Part shown: piece after piece, positions 9,095 through 17,736 of the stretch
How positions within the stretch are numbered: position 1 is the stretch's first letter
How the letters are laid out: every line of letters begins with the position of its first letter
Assembly: GCA_019323515.1 (NCBI GenBank)
Contig: JAHWHG010000015.1
Coordinates: forward strand, 11,375 to 75,374
DNA: 64,000 bases
DNA from: Candidatus Woesearchaeota archaeon
GTDB lineage: Archaea > Nanobdellota > Nanobdellia > Woesearchaeales > JAHWHD01
Direction of reading: 5' to 3'
Made by a program: the position numbers and the translations under genes
The notes under the pieces: model-generated
Told to the model about the DNA's origin: nothing
The model's input: only the letters and a program-made list of their open reading frames with translations
Databases searched by the model: none

Positions 9095-9583
9095 TTAAAT
9101 CTTATACAACTTAGTGTACTTCTCCCTCTCTTTATCATTTAAATCTGTGAACACATCAGCAGGATCCTTTTCATGAAATCCACAGCCAGGACTAAGTGGC
9201 ACAACATGCTGATGAAAATGCTCTACTTTATACTTTGAATTAGGTCTCCAAGGTTGAAAGTTATGGCTGTAATGCGCACCACCTGCAAACTCAATCGCTT
9301 TCTTAATATAATCAGCAGTTGTCTGCATAAGCTCCATCCATTCATGCGTTGTCAACTCATCCAGCATCTTTACATGCCTGTTCGCGATTATAAGAATATG
9401 CCCCTCAACCCGACGAGGGTTGCTTAAAACAACATAGAAGTTATCCCTTTGCTCAATAATCCTGTCTTGGGTCCTATAGATTTCACAGAAAGGGCATCTC
9501 TTTACCATACTCTCAAGCTTCATCTTAGCAATCTTAGACTTAAGTTTTGCTATTTTATCTTTCATCATACAGCCCTGTTTCAT
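9095..9583 (-). CDS. HIT family hydrolase
   Basis: CPFCEI..., GHILIIANRHV and the histidine triad HFHQHVVP. Start codon choice is ambiguous. Confidence 0.8.
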   Translation of the reverse strand: MKQGCMMKDKIAKLKSKIAKMKLESMVKRCPFCEIYRTQDRIIEQRDNFYVVLSNPRRVEGHILIIANRHVKMLDELTTHEWMELMQTTADYIKKAIEFAGGAHYSHNFQPWRPNSKYKVEHFHQHVVPLSPGCGFHEKDPADVFTDLNDKEREKYTKLYKI

Positions 9584-9738
9584 TTGTATATCTTACAATC
9601 TTCTTTGTTCATATCAACCAAAAACAAAATATCCATATTTAAACATTTATCAACTTCACAACCAAAACCTTTATAAATGCCCTATTTTTTCAAGCATATT
9701 ATACTAACAATCTATACACCGAAAGGTGGGCAATTATT

Positions 9739-9794
9739 AAAGTATCATTAACAAAGTATCATCAACAATGAAATATTAACAAAGTAACAATCAA
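9739..9794. repeat. degenerate 14-nt tandem repeat, about 4 units
   Basis: AAAGTATCATTAAC / AAAGTATCATCAAC / AATGAAATATTAAC / AAAGTAACAATCAA, upstream of rps19e. Confidence 0.4.
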
Positions 9795-9850
9795 AAACAA
9801 AGATTAAAACACAAAGGTGAGACAAAATTAACATCAACGATGTTCCTCCA

Positions 9851-10420
9851 ATGGAACTTATAGAAAAGGTTGCAGAAGAACTTAAGAAGATGCCTGAGAT
9901 GCAGCCACCTGAATGGGCTACTTTTGTAAAGACAGGCAGGCATAAGGAACGTCCTCCATTCGAGAGAGACTGGTGGTTCACAAGAGCAGCCGCTATTCTA
10001 AGAAAAGTCGCTAAGCTGGGTCCTATTGGAGTTTCAAAGCTAAGAACAGAGTACGGCGGAAGAAAGAACCGTGGCCATAAACCTGACAAGACATACAAAG
10101 GCTCAGGTAACATTATAAGAAAGATCCTACAGAAGTTAGAACTTATTGAATTCATAAGACAGACTGATGTCAACGGAAGAAAAGGTCGTGTCTTGACACC
10201 TAAAGGACAATCATTCATTGACAAGCTCACTATCCAGATTCAGAAAGGTAAAAAGAAAGAAAAAACTAAGCCTCATGAAGCAAAAGAAGAAAAAGCACCA
10301 GAAACACCAAAACATGAGAAACCTGAAGTAAAAGTTGAAGAAAAAAAAGAGCAAGCTCCTGAAGTTGAGGGAGAGGCTAAAGAACCAGAGACTGAACCTG
10401 AATCAGAGAAAAATGAATGA
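9851..10420 (+). CDS. rps19e: 30S ribosomal protein eS19 with a K/E/P-rich C-terminal extension
   Basis: PPEWATFVKTGRHKERPP, YGGRKNRGHKPDK and GRVLTPKGQSFIDK. The conserved N-terminal DVP motif lies in frame upstream of this ATG, so the real start may be a non-ATG codon at 9827 (see findings). Confidence 0.9.
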   Translation: MELIEKVAEELKKMPEMQPPEWATFVKTGRHKERPPFERDWWFTRAAAILRKVAKLGPIGVSKLRTEYGGRKNRGHKPDKTYKGSGNIIRKILQKLELIEFIRQTDVNGRKGRVLTPKGQSFIDKLTIQIQKGKKKEKTKPHEAKEEKAPETPKHEKPEVKVEEKKEQAPEVEGEAKEPETEPESEKNE

Positions 10421-10721
10421 ACTCGAGGACTTCAGAAGAAAAAGGTTAGAAGAGCTTCAGAGACAACAACAAGAGGTCCAGCAGCTTCAACAACAGATTG
10501 AGGCTCTAGAAAACTATGTCAAGCAAAACATGACAAGCGAGGCATTGTCACGTTATGGAAACCTTAAATCCGCTCACCCAGAAAAAGCTGTTCAGGTGCT
10601 GGGATTGCTCGGCCAGATGCTTCAGGCAGGGAGACTGGATTTAATCAATGATGACCTGTTATTATCATTGCTGAGGCAGTTACAGCCTCCAAAAAAAGAG
10701 TTCAAGGTCACAAGGAAATGA
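10413..10721 (+). CDS. PDCD5/TFAR19-like double-stranded-DNA-binding protein
   Basis: MNELEDFRRKRLEELQRQQQ...EALSRYGNLKSAHPEKA...LLRQL matches the PDCD5 family. It holds the usual archaeal position between rps19e and rpl39e, and its ATG overlaps the rps19e stop by 8 nt. Confidence 0.8.
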   Translation: MNELEDFRRKRLEELQRQQQEVQQLQQQIEALENYVKQNMTSEALSRYGNLKSAHPEKAVQVLGLLGQMLQAGRLDLINDDLLLSLLRQLQPPKKEFKVTRK

Positions 10722-10767
10722 CTATCATAAATCAGCACTAATATTATTGCAAAAATAAATCAAAACA

Positions 10768-10944
10768 ATGGCAAGATACAAACCAAAAGCAAAAAAGCTT
10801 CGCCTTGTAAAAAAGGGCGAGCAGACAAAATGGGCACCGTTCTGGACAGTGCCAAGAAAATACGGTAAAGGTAGAAGGGTCCACCCTGGAAGACATACTA
10901 CTATTAAACGCTCCTGGAGACGTGGCTCAAACACAGATGCATAA
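10768..10944 (+). CDS. rpl39e: 50S ribosomal protein eL39
   Basis: 58-aa ORF MARYKPKAKKLRLVKKGEQTKWAPFWTVPRKYGKGRRVHPGRHTTIKRSWRRGSNTDA. Missing from the track (under 60 aa); the 10725..10934 minus ORF is its shadow. Confidence 0.85.
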   Translation: MARYKPKAKKLRLVKKGEQTKWAPFWTVPRKYGKGRRVHPGRHTTIKRSWRRGSNTDA

Positions 10945-10946
10945 AA

Positions 10947-11468
10947 ATGGCAAAACTAGAAAGAGTTTATAATGTTCCTTTGAGGAGAGAATGGTTAAAA
11001 GTTCCTAGATATAACAGGGCGAAGAAAGCATCAAAAGCTCTAAAGGAATTTCTCGTTAAACATATGAAAGCTGCTCCAGAGAATATAAAGATTGGAAAAT
11101 TTGCAAACCAAGAGGTCTGGAAGCACGGCATGAAGAACCCTCCTCACCATATCAAGATCAATGTTGTAAAGGATGATGAAGGCAAGGTGTTTGCAGAACT
11201 TGTTGGCGCTCCAGTTGAAGTCAAGGAAGAAAAGAAGGGTAAGGAAACTAAGAAACAGGATACAGAGCGTGAGAAGAAAAAAGAAGAGATAAAAAAACGC
11301 CTTGAAGAAGCAAAGAAAAAGAAAGAAGAAGAAAAAAAGCAAAAACAAAAAGAAGCAAAGCCTGAAGAAAAGCCAATGACTAAGGAAGAGGCCAAGGAAC
11401 CAAAGAGTGAACTTGAAGCAGCTTCTGAAGAACCTAAACCTGCAGAGCAACCAGCAGAGAATAAGTAA
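10947..11468 (+). CDS. rpl31e: 50S ribosomal protein eL31 with a long K/E-rich C-terminal extension
   Basis: MAKLERVYNVPLRREWLKVPRYNRAKKASKALKEFL...IKINVVKDDEGKVFAEL is eL31. About 85 extra residues are KE-rich. Confidence 0.9.
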   Translation: MAKLERVYNVPLRREWLKVPRYNRAKKASKALKEFLVKHMKAAPENIKIGKFANQEVWKHGMKNPPHHIKINVVKDDEGKVFAELVGAPVEVKEEKKGKETKKQDTEREKKKEEIKKRLEEAKKKKEEEKKQKQKEAKPEEKPMTKEEAKEPKSELEAASEEPKPAEQPAENK

Positions 11469-11501
11469 ATTTTTTATAATCTCAGTTAATTCTTATTATT
11501 T

Positions 11502-12485
11502 ATGGATAAATTATTACCTTTCGAACGGATAAAACGTGAAATTCTTATTAGACAAAGAGCAAAGGTCTCTGGTAAGTATGGCAAACGACCTGAAGAAAGA
11601 AACATAAAAGAAATCCTTGATTATGGGATAATAAACATTGACAAACCCCGCGGCCCTACATCGCACCAGGTCTCTGCATATGTCCAGAAGATACTCGAGA
11701 TAAATAAAGGCGGACACTCTGGAACACTTGACCCAAAAGTAACAGGAGTGCTTCCTGTCGCTATAGGCCGCGGCACAAGGATTGTCCAGGCCCTTCTTCC
11801 AGCTGGAAAAGAATACATTGCTCTAATGCACCTTCACAAGGAGGTTGACCCAGAGCTAATAAGACAAACTATAACAACAAAGTTCATTGGAAAGATCAAA
11901 CAGCTCCCTCCTGTCAAGTCAGCTGTCAAGAGACAGCACCGTTACAGAAAGATTTACTACATAGACATTCTTGAAATTGACTGCCAGGATGTATTAATGC
12001 AGATAGGCTGCCAGGCAGGAACATACATAAGAAAGCTTCTCCATGACATTGGAAAAGCACTAGGCACAGGAGCACATATGCAAGAACTTAGAAGAACAAA
12101 GGCAGGCCCTTTCAATGAATCTACTATAACCACTCTTACTGACCTCCAGGATGCATACTGGTTCTACAAAAATGAAGGTAATGACCAATGGCTAAGAAAA
12201 CTTGTACAGCCTATTGAAGAAGCAGTTGCACACCTCCCAAAGATCTGGGTTCTTAACACAAGCGTTGATACACTTTGCCATGGCGCTAATCTTAACACGC
12301 CAGGCATTGTAAAGGTAGAATCAGACATCCAGGTTGATGAACTTGTCGCAATCATGACACTTAAAGGCGAACTTGTTTGTATTGGCACATCTGTCATGAT
12401 CTCCAAAGATATGATAACAAAGGACAAAGGCCTTGCTGTCAAGACAAGCAAGGTCTTCATGCTTCCAGGGACTTATCCTAAATGA
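11502..12485 (+). CDS. cbf5: H/ACA RNP pseudouridine synthase Cbf5 (TruB family with PUA domain)
   Basis: INIDKPRGPTSHQV, GHSGTLDPKVTGVLPV, and a PUA-like C-terminus. Confidence 0.95.
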   Translation: MDKLLPFERIKREILIRQRAKVSGKYGKRPEERNIKEILDYGIINIDKPRGPTSHQVSAYVQKILEINKGGHSGTLDPKVTGVLPVAIGRGTRIVQALLPAGKEYIALMHLHKEVDPELIRQTITTKFIGKIKQLPPVKSAVKRQHRYRKIYYIDILEIDCQDVLMQIGCQAGTYIRKLLHDIGKALGTGAHMQELRRTKAGPFNESTITTLTDLQDAYWFYKNEGNDQWLRKLVQPIEEAVAHLPKIWVLNTSVDTLCHGANLNTPGIVKVESDIQVDELVAIMTLKGELVCIGTSVMISKDMITKDKGLAVKTSKVFMLPGTYPK

Positions 12486-12509
12486 TATAAGAAGAGCTGC
12501 AGAGCAAAA

Positions 12510-12857
12510 ATGAGTTACAAAGACTTCTACACAATCAATACAAAAGTAGGAAACCACGACAGACCAGGCGCTGCAGAAGCATTCATAACTGAACACTCTC
12601 TGGAATCGCTTCTTGAGGAAGCAATCCCTCACATAAAGAAACACTTTCCACACTCAGACGCTTTTATCGAACTTCAACCAAACTGGGACTATGAAGGCCA
12701 TACCCTATTAATATACATCGAAGCAGTAGAAGGCCATCCTGAATACTTAGTTGAAGATAACATGAACCGGCTCGATAATTTTGACAGGGAATGGTACACT
12801 GATGTAGAGCCTGAAAGAAAAAAAGACACTTGTTTTAACTTATTCTTTCCTGAGTAA
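12510..12857 (+). CDS. hypothetical protein (115 aa)
   Basis: Clean ORF with no family recognised. Confidence 0.5.
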   Translation: MSYKDFYTINTKVGNHDRPGAAEAFITEHSLESLLEEAIPHIKKHFPHSDAFIELQPNWDYEGHTLLIYIEAVEGHPEYLVEDNMNRLDNFDREWYTDVEPERKKDTCFNLFFPE

Positions 12858-12870
12858 ACCTTATCATTAT

Positions 12871-13161
12871 TCAAGAATCATCTACAGTAAACAACCTTGA
12901 ATCATGCACATCAAATATTCCTAACCTGGCAGAACAATCCAACCATCCATGCGCATAATTAAGCGCAGCAAACGCATTAACATAATCATCATTAGAAAAA
13001 AAGTGCTTAGCATCAGAAATATACCTAGCAACCATATCGATTATATCACTACGATCAATATCTGTACGATTACCGCTCTTCTTCGCAGCTTCAAAAGCCT
13101 CTTCAGTCACTGCAAAATACTTTTCAACTTTCTCTTTGGTTACTGTATCCATCATTATCAC
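12871..13161 (-). CDS. DUF357-like protein
   Basis: YVNAFAALNYAHGWLDCSARLGIFDV resembles the DUF357 core motif. This is recalled from memory and needs an HMM check. Confidence 0.55.
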   Translation of the reverse strand: MIMMDTVTKEKVEKYFAVTEEAFEAAKKSGNRTDIDRSDIIDMVARYISDAKHFFSNDDYVNAFAALNYAHGWLDCSARLGIFDVHDSRLFTVDDS

Positions 13162-13209
13162 AATTCATATCAAACTAAAACATAAAAAATATTAGAAAAA
13201 AAGAAAAAT

Positions 13210-13461
13210 CTATTCTTCTTTCTCTTCCTTCTCTTCAGGAATCTCAACTTCAGGCATAGGCCTTCTGATTGTCAAAGGCACAACTCCAGCCTCAAACTCT
13301 TTCTTAGCAATCTCAAGAGGGTTATACTTTAACCTTTTAAGGTCTTCCTCATCAATCTTTACCAAGAAAGGCGCTCCCATAGCTATCTGAAGACTTCTGC
13401 TGCCTATCATTCTTGCCCTTTCAAATTTTGTGAATTTTTCCTCAGCTTCCATCATATTCAC
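13210..13461 (-). CDS. rpoK: DNA-directed RNA polymerase subunit K (Rpo6)
   Basis: [22 protein letters not shown]...[21 protein letters not shown] is the Rpb6/RpoK signature. Confidence 0.85.
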   Translation of the reverse strand: MNMMEAEEKFTKFERARMIGSRSLQIAMGAPFLVKIDEEDLKRLKYNPLEIAKKEFEAGVVPLTIRRPMPEVEIPEEKEEKEE

Positions 13462-13465
13462 CTAA

Positions 13466-14239
13466 TTATAAGGCCTTCCTTAAAAAGTTTGTCTTTTCTT
13501 GCGCAATTTTAACCATCTGATCAACCTCTTCAGGTGTTAAAGGCAGGTCTCCGCCTTTCTGCATTGCACAAGGAGTTCCATCTTCCATTGTCGCAACTGT
13601 AAGCCTCGCGTCAAGCACACCCTCTTCATCAATCACAGGGTCGACAATAAACTTGCTGCCAATCTTCAAGACAGTACATGACAAGGTATCGTGTACAATA
13701 GGAATCTTCTCTTCAGTCTTTGACTTAGGAACAATCCTATCATTCTCAACCTGCGGAAGGACGCAGTCCTTCAGAGCAGCTAATACTGCTAAAGCACCTG
13801 CATCAAACAAGTTACCAGCATCATTTATTGGAGTTATATCTATCACAACAATCCATGCCTTTTCATTAGGTTCAATGCACAGCTTCTTAAGATCTATTGC
13901 ATGACTCTCCCTTATTCCTCTATCTATGACTCTTGCAAGTTCAATAGCTTGTATGCTAGGAGGACCTAGCTCAAAGTCAGGGTTTGAGAGTGGCAAAAGC
14001 TCAGCTCCAACCATAAGAGCACCCTGGTCAGGTGTGTCCGGGTAAGGAACTCCAATCTCAAGTTTGATACCAGCCATGACAATTGTCTCTCCAATTGTGA
14101 CTGTTGCACTTCCTTCAGCACTCTTTGATGTGCCATATTCAACAGTCACAGGCTCTCTGTAATCTAAAGGTTTTCTTCCGTCTAACCTGAAATCACTGTT
14201 AAGCAATTTCACTATATGATCTTTTAGTCCTTTATTCAT
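13466..14239 (-). CDS. rrp42: exosome complex component Rrp42
   Basis: RNase PH-like protein: DGRKPLDYREPVTVEYGTSKSAEGSATV. ATG at 14239 follows GAAGGTGG and overlaps the rrp41 stop (ATGAATAA). The track start at 14263 is probably too long. Confidence 0.9.
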   Translation of the reverse strand: MNKGLKDHIVKLLNSDFRLDGRKPLDYREPVTVEYGTSKSAEGSATVTIGETIVMAGIKLEIGVPYPDTPDQGALMVGAELLPLSNPDFELGPPSIQAIELARVIDRGIRESHAIDLKKLCIEPNEKAWIVVIDITPINDAGNLFDAGALAVLAALKDCVLPQVENDRIVPKSKTEEKIPIVHDTLSCTVLKIGSKFIVDPVIDEEGVLDARLTVATMEDGTPCAMQKGGDLPLTPEEVDQMVKIAQEKTNFLRKAL

Positions 14240-14945
14240 CGTCAACCACCTTCTCAGTTTCATACTTTGACTTTAGTGCCTCTTCCTGGACCTTGTGCAG
14301 CTTTTCACAAGCCTGCTTTGACATCTCAAGCAGCTTTTGAAGCTCTTCGGGAGTCACCTCTCCATCCATCTGCAACAGTGAAAAGCCCATCCCAGGCACA
14401 TATGCAGTAGCTATATCAGTTGAACCTTCCTCATGGCTTTCCTCACTGTAATCAAGGTCAACAAGCAACCTTCCGCCTACTCTTCCAACAGCAACAGCTG
14501 AGACTAAGTGCTTCATTGATATCCCAGCATCTGCTAATGCCATCGAAGCAGCGCATATTCCAGCACATCTTGAACCAGCGTCTGTCTGCGGAAACTCTAT
14601 GAACACGTCAACAACCGCATTCGGAAACTCGTTCAGGTCAATCACAGGTATCAGAGCTTTCTCTGTCACCAGTGATATCTCCTTGCTTCTCCTGCTTCCT
14701 CCTGGACGCACCCTTTCTCCAGCACTGAAAGGCATCATATTATAATGACATCTCAAGGTACCGCATTCAGGATCCTGCAAAAACCTTGGATACATGCTTC
14801 GCGGACCATATACAGCTGCAATAGCAATAGTATCACCTATCTTGAACATCGCACTTCCTACAGCTCTCTTAATTACTCCAACCTTTGCTTCAACCTTTCT
14901 TGTATCTTCCCATTTTCTTCCGTCATTTCTTTTAGCGTATACCAT
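14232..14945 (-). CDS. rrp41: exosome complex exonuclease Rrp41
   Basis: RNase PH fold: RNDGRKWEDTRKVEAKVGVIKRAVGSAMFKIGDT, GGSRRSKEISLV, TDAGSRCA. Confidence 0.9.
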   Translation of the reverse strand: MVYAKRNDGRKWEDTRKVEAKVGVIKRAVGSAMFKIGDTIAIAAVYGPRSMYPRFLQDPECGTLRCHYNMMPFSAGERVRPGGSRRSKEISLVTEKALIPVIDLNEFPNAVVDVFIEFPQTDAGSRCAGICAASMALADAGISMKHLVSAVAVGRVGGRLLVDLDYSEESHEEGSTDIATAYVPGMGFSLLQMDGEVTPEELQKLLEMSKQACEKLHKVQEEALKSKYETEKVVDDE

Positions 14946-14946
14946 T

Positions 14947-15657
14947 TTATTGCACCTGTTCTATTTTTACGTTTGCTTCTTTCTCAAGGTATTCCTTGAT
15001 AGCATCTGTCAGGCCAGACTTATGCGCTTCAGCTTCAATCTTCCTGATTGTTCTCACAGCTAATAGCTCTTTAACTGGGTCATCTCCAAGTATCCAGACA
15101 AGCCCATTCTGACCAACTATTATCTTACATCCAGTAGCCTGTTTAATCATGCTAACCATGCTGCCCTTTTTACCAATTATCCTTGGAACCTTGTGCGGGC
15201 TTACCTCAATGATCCTTCCGCCTGTAAGCTTCCTGAGACCCGGACCTTTCATTGTAAGGTCAATAAGCTTTTGTGAAGTCACATTAGTTATTTTTGCAAC
15301 CACGTGATCACCAAAGTTATAATACTGTGTGAGGTCAGCACCTCTTGCAATGAAATCTGATGTAGCGTCCTTTAACGACAACATTGCAGGATAAGCTGAG
15401 TTAGTCTCTATCCTCCAACCGCTGAACAATACATCAACAACCTTGCCTAATATTGTATCTCCTTTCTTAGGCACGTACTTCCCTGATAACGGAATAAGTT
15501 TCACTGCCCTTCCATCAACTGCAACTAAACCAAGTTTAGATGCAACAATCTTATCACCGTCCCTGTAAGTGTTAGATCCTGGCAAAAAATCCATTCCCTC
15601 TGCCAGAGCTTCTCCTGGGACAACGACTGTCTTTCCTTCTACTAACATTTTTCCCAT
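14947..15657 (-). CDS. rrp4: exosome complex RNA-binding protein Rrp4 (S1 + KH)
   Basis: S1-like GDTILGKVVDV and KH-like KVPRIIGKKGSMVSMIKQATGCKIIVGQNG. Sits directly upstream of rrp41. Confidence 0.9.
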   Translation of the reverse strand: MGKMLVEGKTVVVPGEALAEGMDFLPGSNTYRDGDKIVASKLGLVAVDGRAVKLIPLSGKYVPKKGDTILGKVVDVLFSGWRIETNSAYPAMLSLKDATSDFIARGADLTQYYNFGDHVVAKITNVTSQKLIDLTMKGPGLRKLTGGRIIEVSPHKVPRIIGKKGSMVSMIKQATGCKIIVGQNGLVWILGDDPVKELLAVRTIRKIEAEAHKSGLTDAIKEYLEKEANVKIEQVQ

Positions 15658-15755
15658 TTTATATCAACTCCTTGATTATATTATCATGATTTTTGTTATT
15701 TTTGATTTTGTTATTTTCTTTCAACATTTTCTTTCAATATTATGAATCCATCTAA

Positions 15756-16484
15756 TCATCTGCTTGCAAGTAGCTTAGTCTGCACCTCACCATGCGTCAT
15801 TGAGTTCAATTTATCAAAAAAATCCTCCTGCATTCCTGCAGGTATCTCAATAACACACCTCCAGCTCCCATCACTCTGCCATTGATCACGCAGCAGTTTT
15901 CCAAAACTCTTCACAGTTGGATACGCCTTTGCAGCATATTCTGCTCCGATTATCACTTCGATCTCTCTAACCTCAAACTTGATAGGAAGTATAGGCTTAA
16001 GCTTCTTCATTATCTCCTGCACCTGCTTTTCTTCAGGCGCAAATTCATCAATCTTTATCTTCGCCTCTGCAAAGGCATTCTCTAGTCTCTGAAGTGGATG
16101 CGGTAACCCTGATTTAGGCTCAATACCGTTCCGGTGTATTATTTCAATTATCCTCTTTCGTTTATTATCACGCACCATCTGCCGGTACTCAGCTGTAAGC
16201 TGCACCTCGCCATCTTCAATTATCACTTTCGCAACCTCGATTGGATCATCTGTTCCGAAAAGCGATTTCATCCTTTCCTCTGAAGCAAGAAGCCCTTTCT
16301 TTGCATCACTGAAGACTTTTTCAGCTTTGAGTATATCCTTTATATCAACATTTTTCCCTTCTTTAAACTCTATAGCCTTATCAGGGTCAATGTCTATCTC
16401 AAATATCTCTCCACCTTTCTTCAGCCTTGCAAGGTTAAGGTGTATCCTTTCTTTATCATAAGTTATTCTATGGCTCATTATCAC
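15756..16484 (-). CDS. SBDS/Sdo1 family ribosome maturation protein
   Basis: LARLKKGGEIFEIDIDPDKAIEFKEGK...VFSDAKKG is the SBDS N-terminal domain. Canonical superoperon position. Confidence 0.9.
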   Translation of the reverse strand: MIMSHRITYDKERIHLNLARLKKGGEIFEIDIDPDKAIEFKEGKNVDIKDILKAEKVFSDAKKGLLASEERMKSLFGTDDPIEVAKVIIEDGEVQLTAEYRQMVRDNKRKRIIEIIHRNGIEPKSGLPHPLQRLENAFAEAKIKIDEFAPEEKQVQEIMKKLKPILPIKFEVREIEVIIGAEYAAKAYPTVKSFGKLLRDQWQSDGSWRCVIEIPAGMQEDFFDKLNSMTHGEVQTKLLASR

Positions 16485-16486
16485 AC

Positions 16487-17224
16487 CTATTTCTTTTTCT
16501 TCATCTCCTTAAGCATCTTATCAATCTTCTCCCTGTCAACTTTATGGAACACAGGATCATCTGTCTTGATGAAAGCACAGTCAATCCTGTCAGCAGTCAG
16601 GTCTTTACCGATAACTTTCGCAAGAACTGAAACACCAAGCTTAAGACCCTCTTCTACTGACATTCCCTCTTTATAGTGCTTGTGCAGCAACTCTTCTGCA
16701 TCAATCTCACCTTCACCGATTGCAGTAGCTTTATACTGGAAATAGATACCTGAAGGCTCAGTAACATACAAGCTAGGCCCGTCTTCATCAATTCCAGCTA
16801 TCATTACAGAAACACCAAACGGACGCAAACCACCGCTCTGTGTGCATATCTGTTTAAGGTCGCATATATCTTTCACAATTGTCAGCGTCTCAATAGGAGT
16901 GTCATAAGTCACTCTATGCTGCTGTGCCTTGACCTGAGACCTCTCGATAAGCACTCGGCCGTCGCTCAAGCTACCTGAAACTGTAGCACCGATATGATCA
17001 TCAATCTGCATAATCTTCTCAAGAGACTTCAGAACAATAAGATTATCAACAATTCTTCTGTCGACAACTAACACGATTCCATCAGTGCATATCATTCCTA
17101 TTGCAGTCGTACCCTGCTTTACCATCTTCTTAGCATACTCAACCTGCAACAACCTACCGTCAGGGCTAAACATTGTGATAGCCCTGTCATATCCCATCAT
17201 TTGGTTTGACATTGGATCAACCAT
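16487..17224 (-). CDS. psmA: proteasome subunit alpha
   Basis: GYDRAITMFSPDGRLLQVEYA is the alpha-subunit signature. Confidence 0.95.
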   Translation of the reverse strand: MVDPMSNQMMGYDRAITMFSPDGRLLQVEYAKKMVKQGTTAIGMICTDGIVLVVDRRIVDNLIVLKSLEKIMQIDDHIGATVSGSLSDGRVLIERSQVKAQQHRVTYDTPIETLTIVKDICDLKQICTQSGGLRPFGVSVMIAGIDEDGPSLYVTEPSGIYFQYKATAIGEGEIDAEELLHKHYKEGMSVEEGLKLGVSVLAKVIGKDLTADRIDCAFIKTDDPVFHKVDREKIDKMLKEMKKKK

Positions 17225-17230
17225 CTTTAT

Positions 17231-17587
17231 TCACCTCAAATAATTCTCAGCCTTGTTCAATATTCCAGAAACTGACACGCTCTGAGCTATAACAGACTGA
17301 CCTTTTATTTCCTTTATCAAAGTTAGCGCTGCCTTCAGCTCATTCACATGCTTGTGATTAAGCCTTATGATACCGCGCTGCATCTTCTTATCCCATTTAT
17401 CAGGCAATAGCCAAACACTAGCCTTTGCCATACCCATGTCTCCAACTAAGCCTTTAAAACTTCCAAGTACAGCACTAGCTACATCTTTAAAGTCAAATTT
17501 TTTCTCACTTTTTATCTCAAAGACCAAATAACGCTTCTTTTCTTTTAAAGAAGGCAATAATGTCTTTAATTTTGTTTTCTTAACCAT
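17231..17587 (-). CDS. rnp2: RNase P protein component Pop5 (Rnp2)
   Basis: MVKKTKLKTLLPSLKEKKRYLVFEI matches the Pop5 N-terminus. The track start (GTG at 17623) adds 12 unsupported residues. Confidence 0.8.
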   Translation of the reverse strand: MVKKTKLKTLLPSLKEKKRYLVFEIKSEKKFDFKDVASAVLGSFKGLVGDMGMAKASVWLLPDKWDKKMQRGIIRLNHKHVNELKAALTLIKEIKGQSVIAQSVSVSGILNKAENYLR

Positions 17588-17680
17588 TTTAAAACAGTTT
17601 TCATTAACTGAGAAAATGTACACCCCATCTTCTCTTTCTCTCTCTGTTCTAGATGAATAATCTGGTCATTTATAAAGATT

Positions 17681-17700
17681 TTGGATTATTTGAAATCCAA
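17681..17700. promoter_or_regulatory. inverted repeat in a divergent promoter region
   Basis: TTGGATT-ATTTGA-AATCCAA lies between the two TATA-like boxes at 17666-17679 and 17705-17717. Confidence 0.25.
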
Positions 17701-17704
17701 TTAT

Positions 17705-17717
17705 CTTTTTATAAAGC
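17705..17717 (+). promoter_or_regulatory. TATA-box-like element (leaderless) for the kinase gene
   Basis: CTTTTTATAAAGC is centred about 26 nt upstream of the ATG at 17737. Confidence 0.5.
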
Positions 17718-17736
17718 TTAACTATTCTTAATAAAG

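Noticed and set aside
9748-10230. 160-aa minus ORF opposite rps19e
   Set aside because: The plus strand encodes a clearly conserved eS19, so this is an antisense shadow.
10335-10412. Upstream extension of the PDCD5-like ORF (MKKKKSKLLKLRERLKNQ...)
   Set aside because: It lies entirely inside the rps19e tail in another frame. Family members start at the MNELE... position, whose ATG overlaps the rps19e stop.
10725-10934. 69-aa minus ORF
   Set aside because: The plus strand encodes a 58-aa eL39 with the family's basic signature, in its conserved position between the PDCD5-like gene and rpl31e.
11040-11450. 136-aa and 83-aa minus ORFs rich in Phe/Leu/Ser
   Set aside because: They are the reverse complement of the AAG/GAA-rich tail of rpl31e (K/E codons read as F/L/S), which makes them a compositional artefact.
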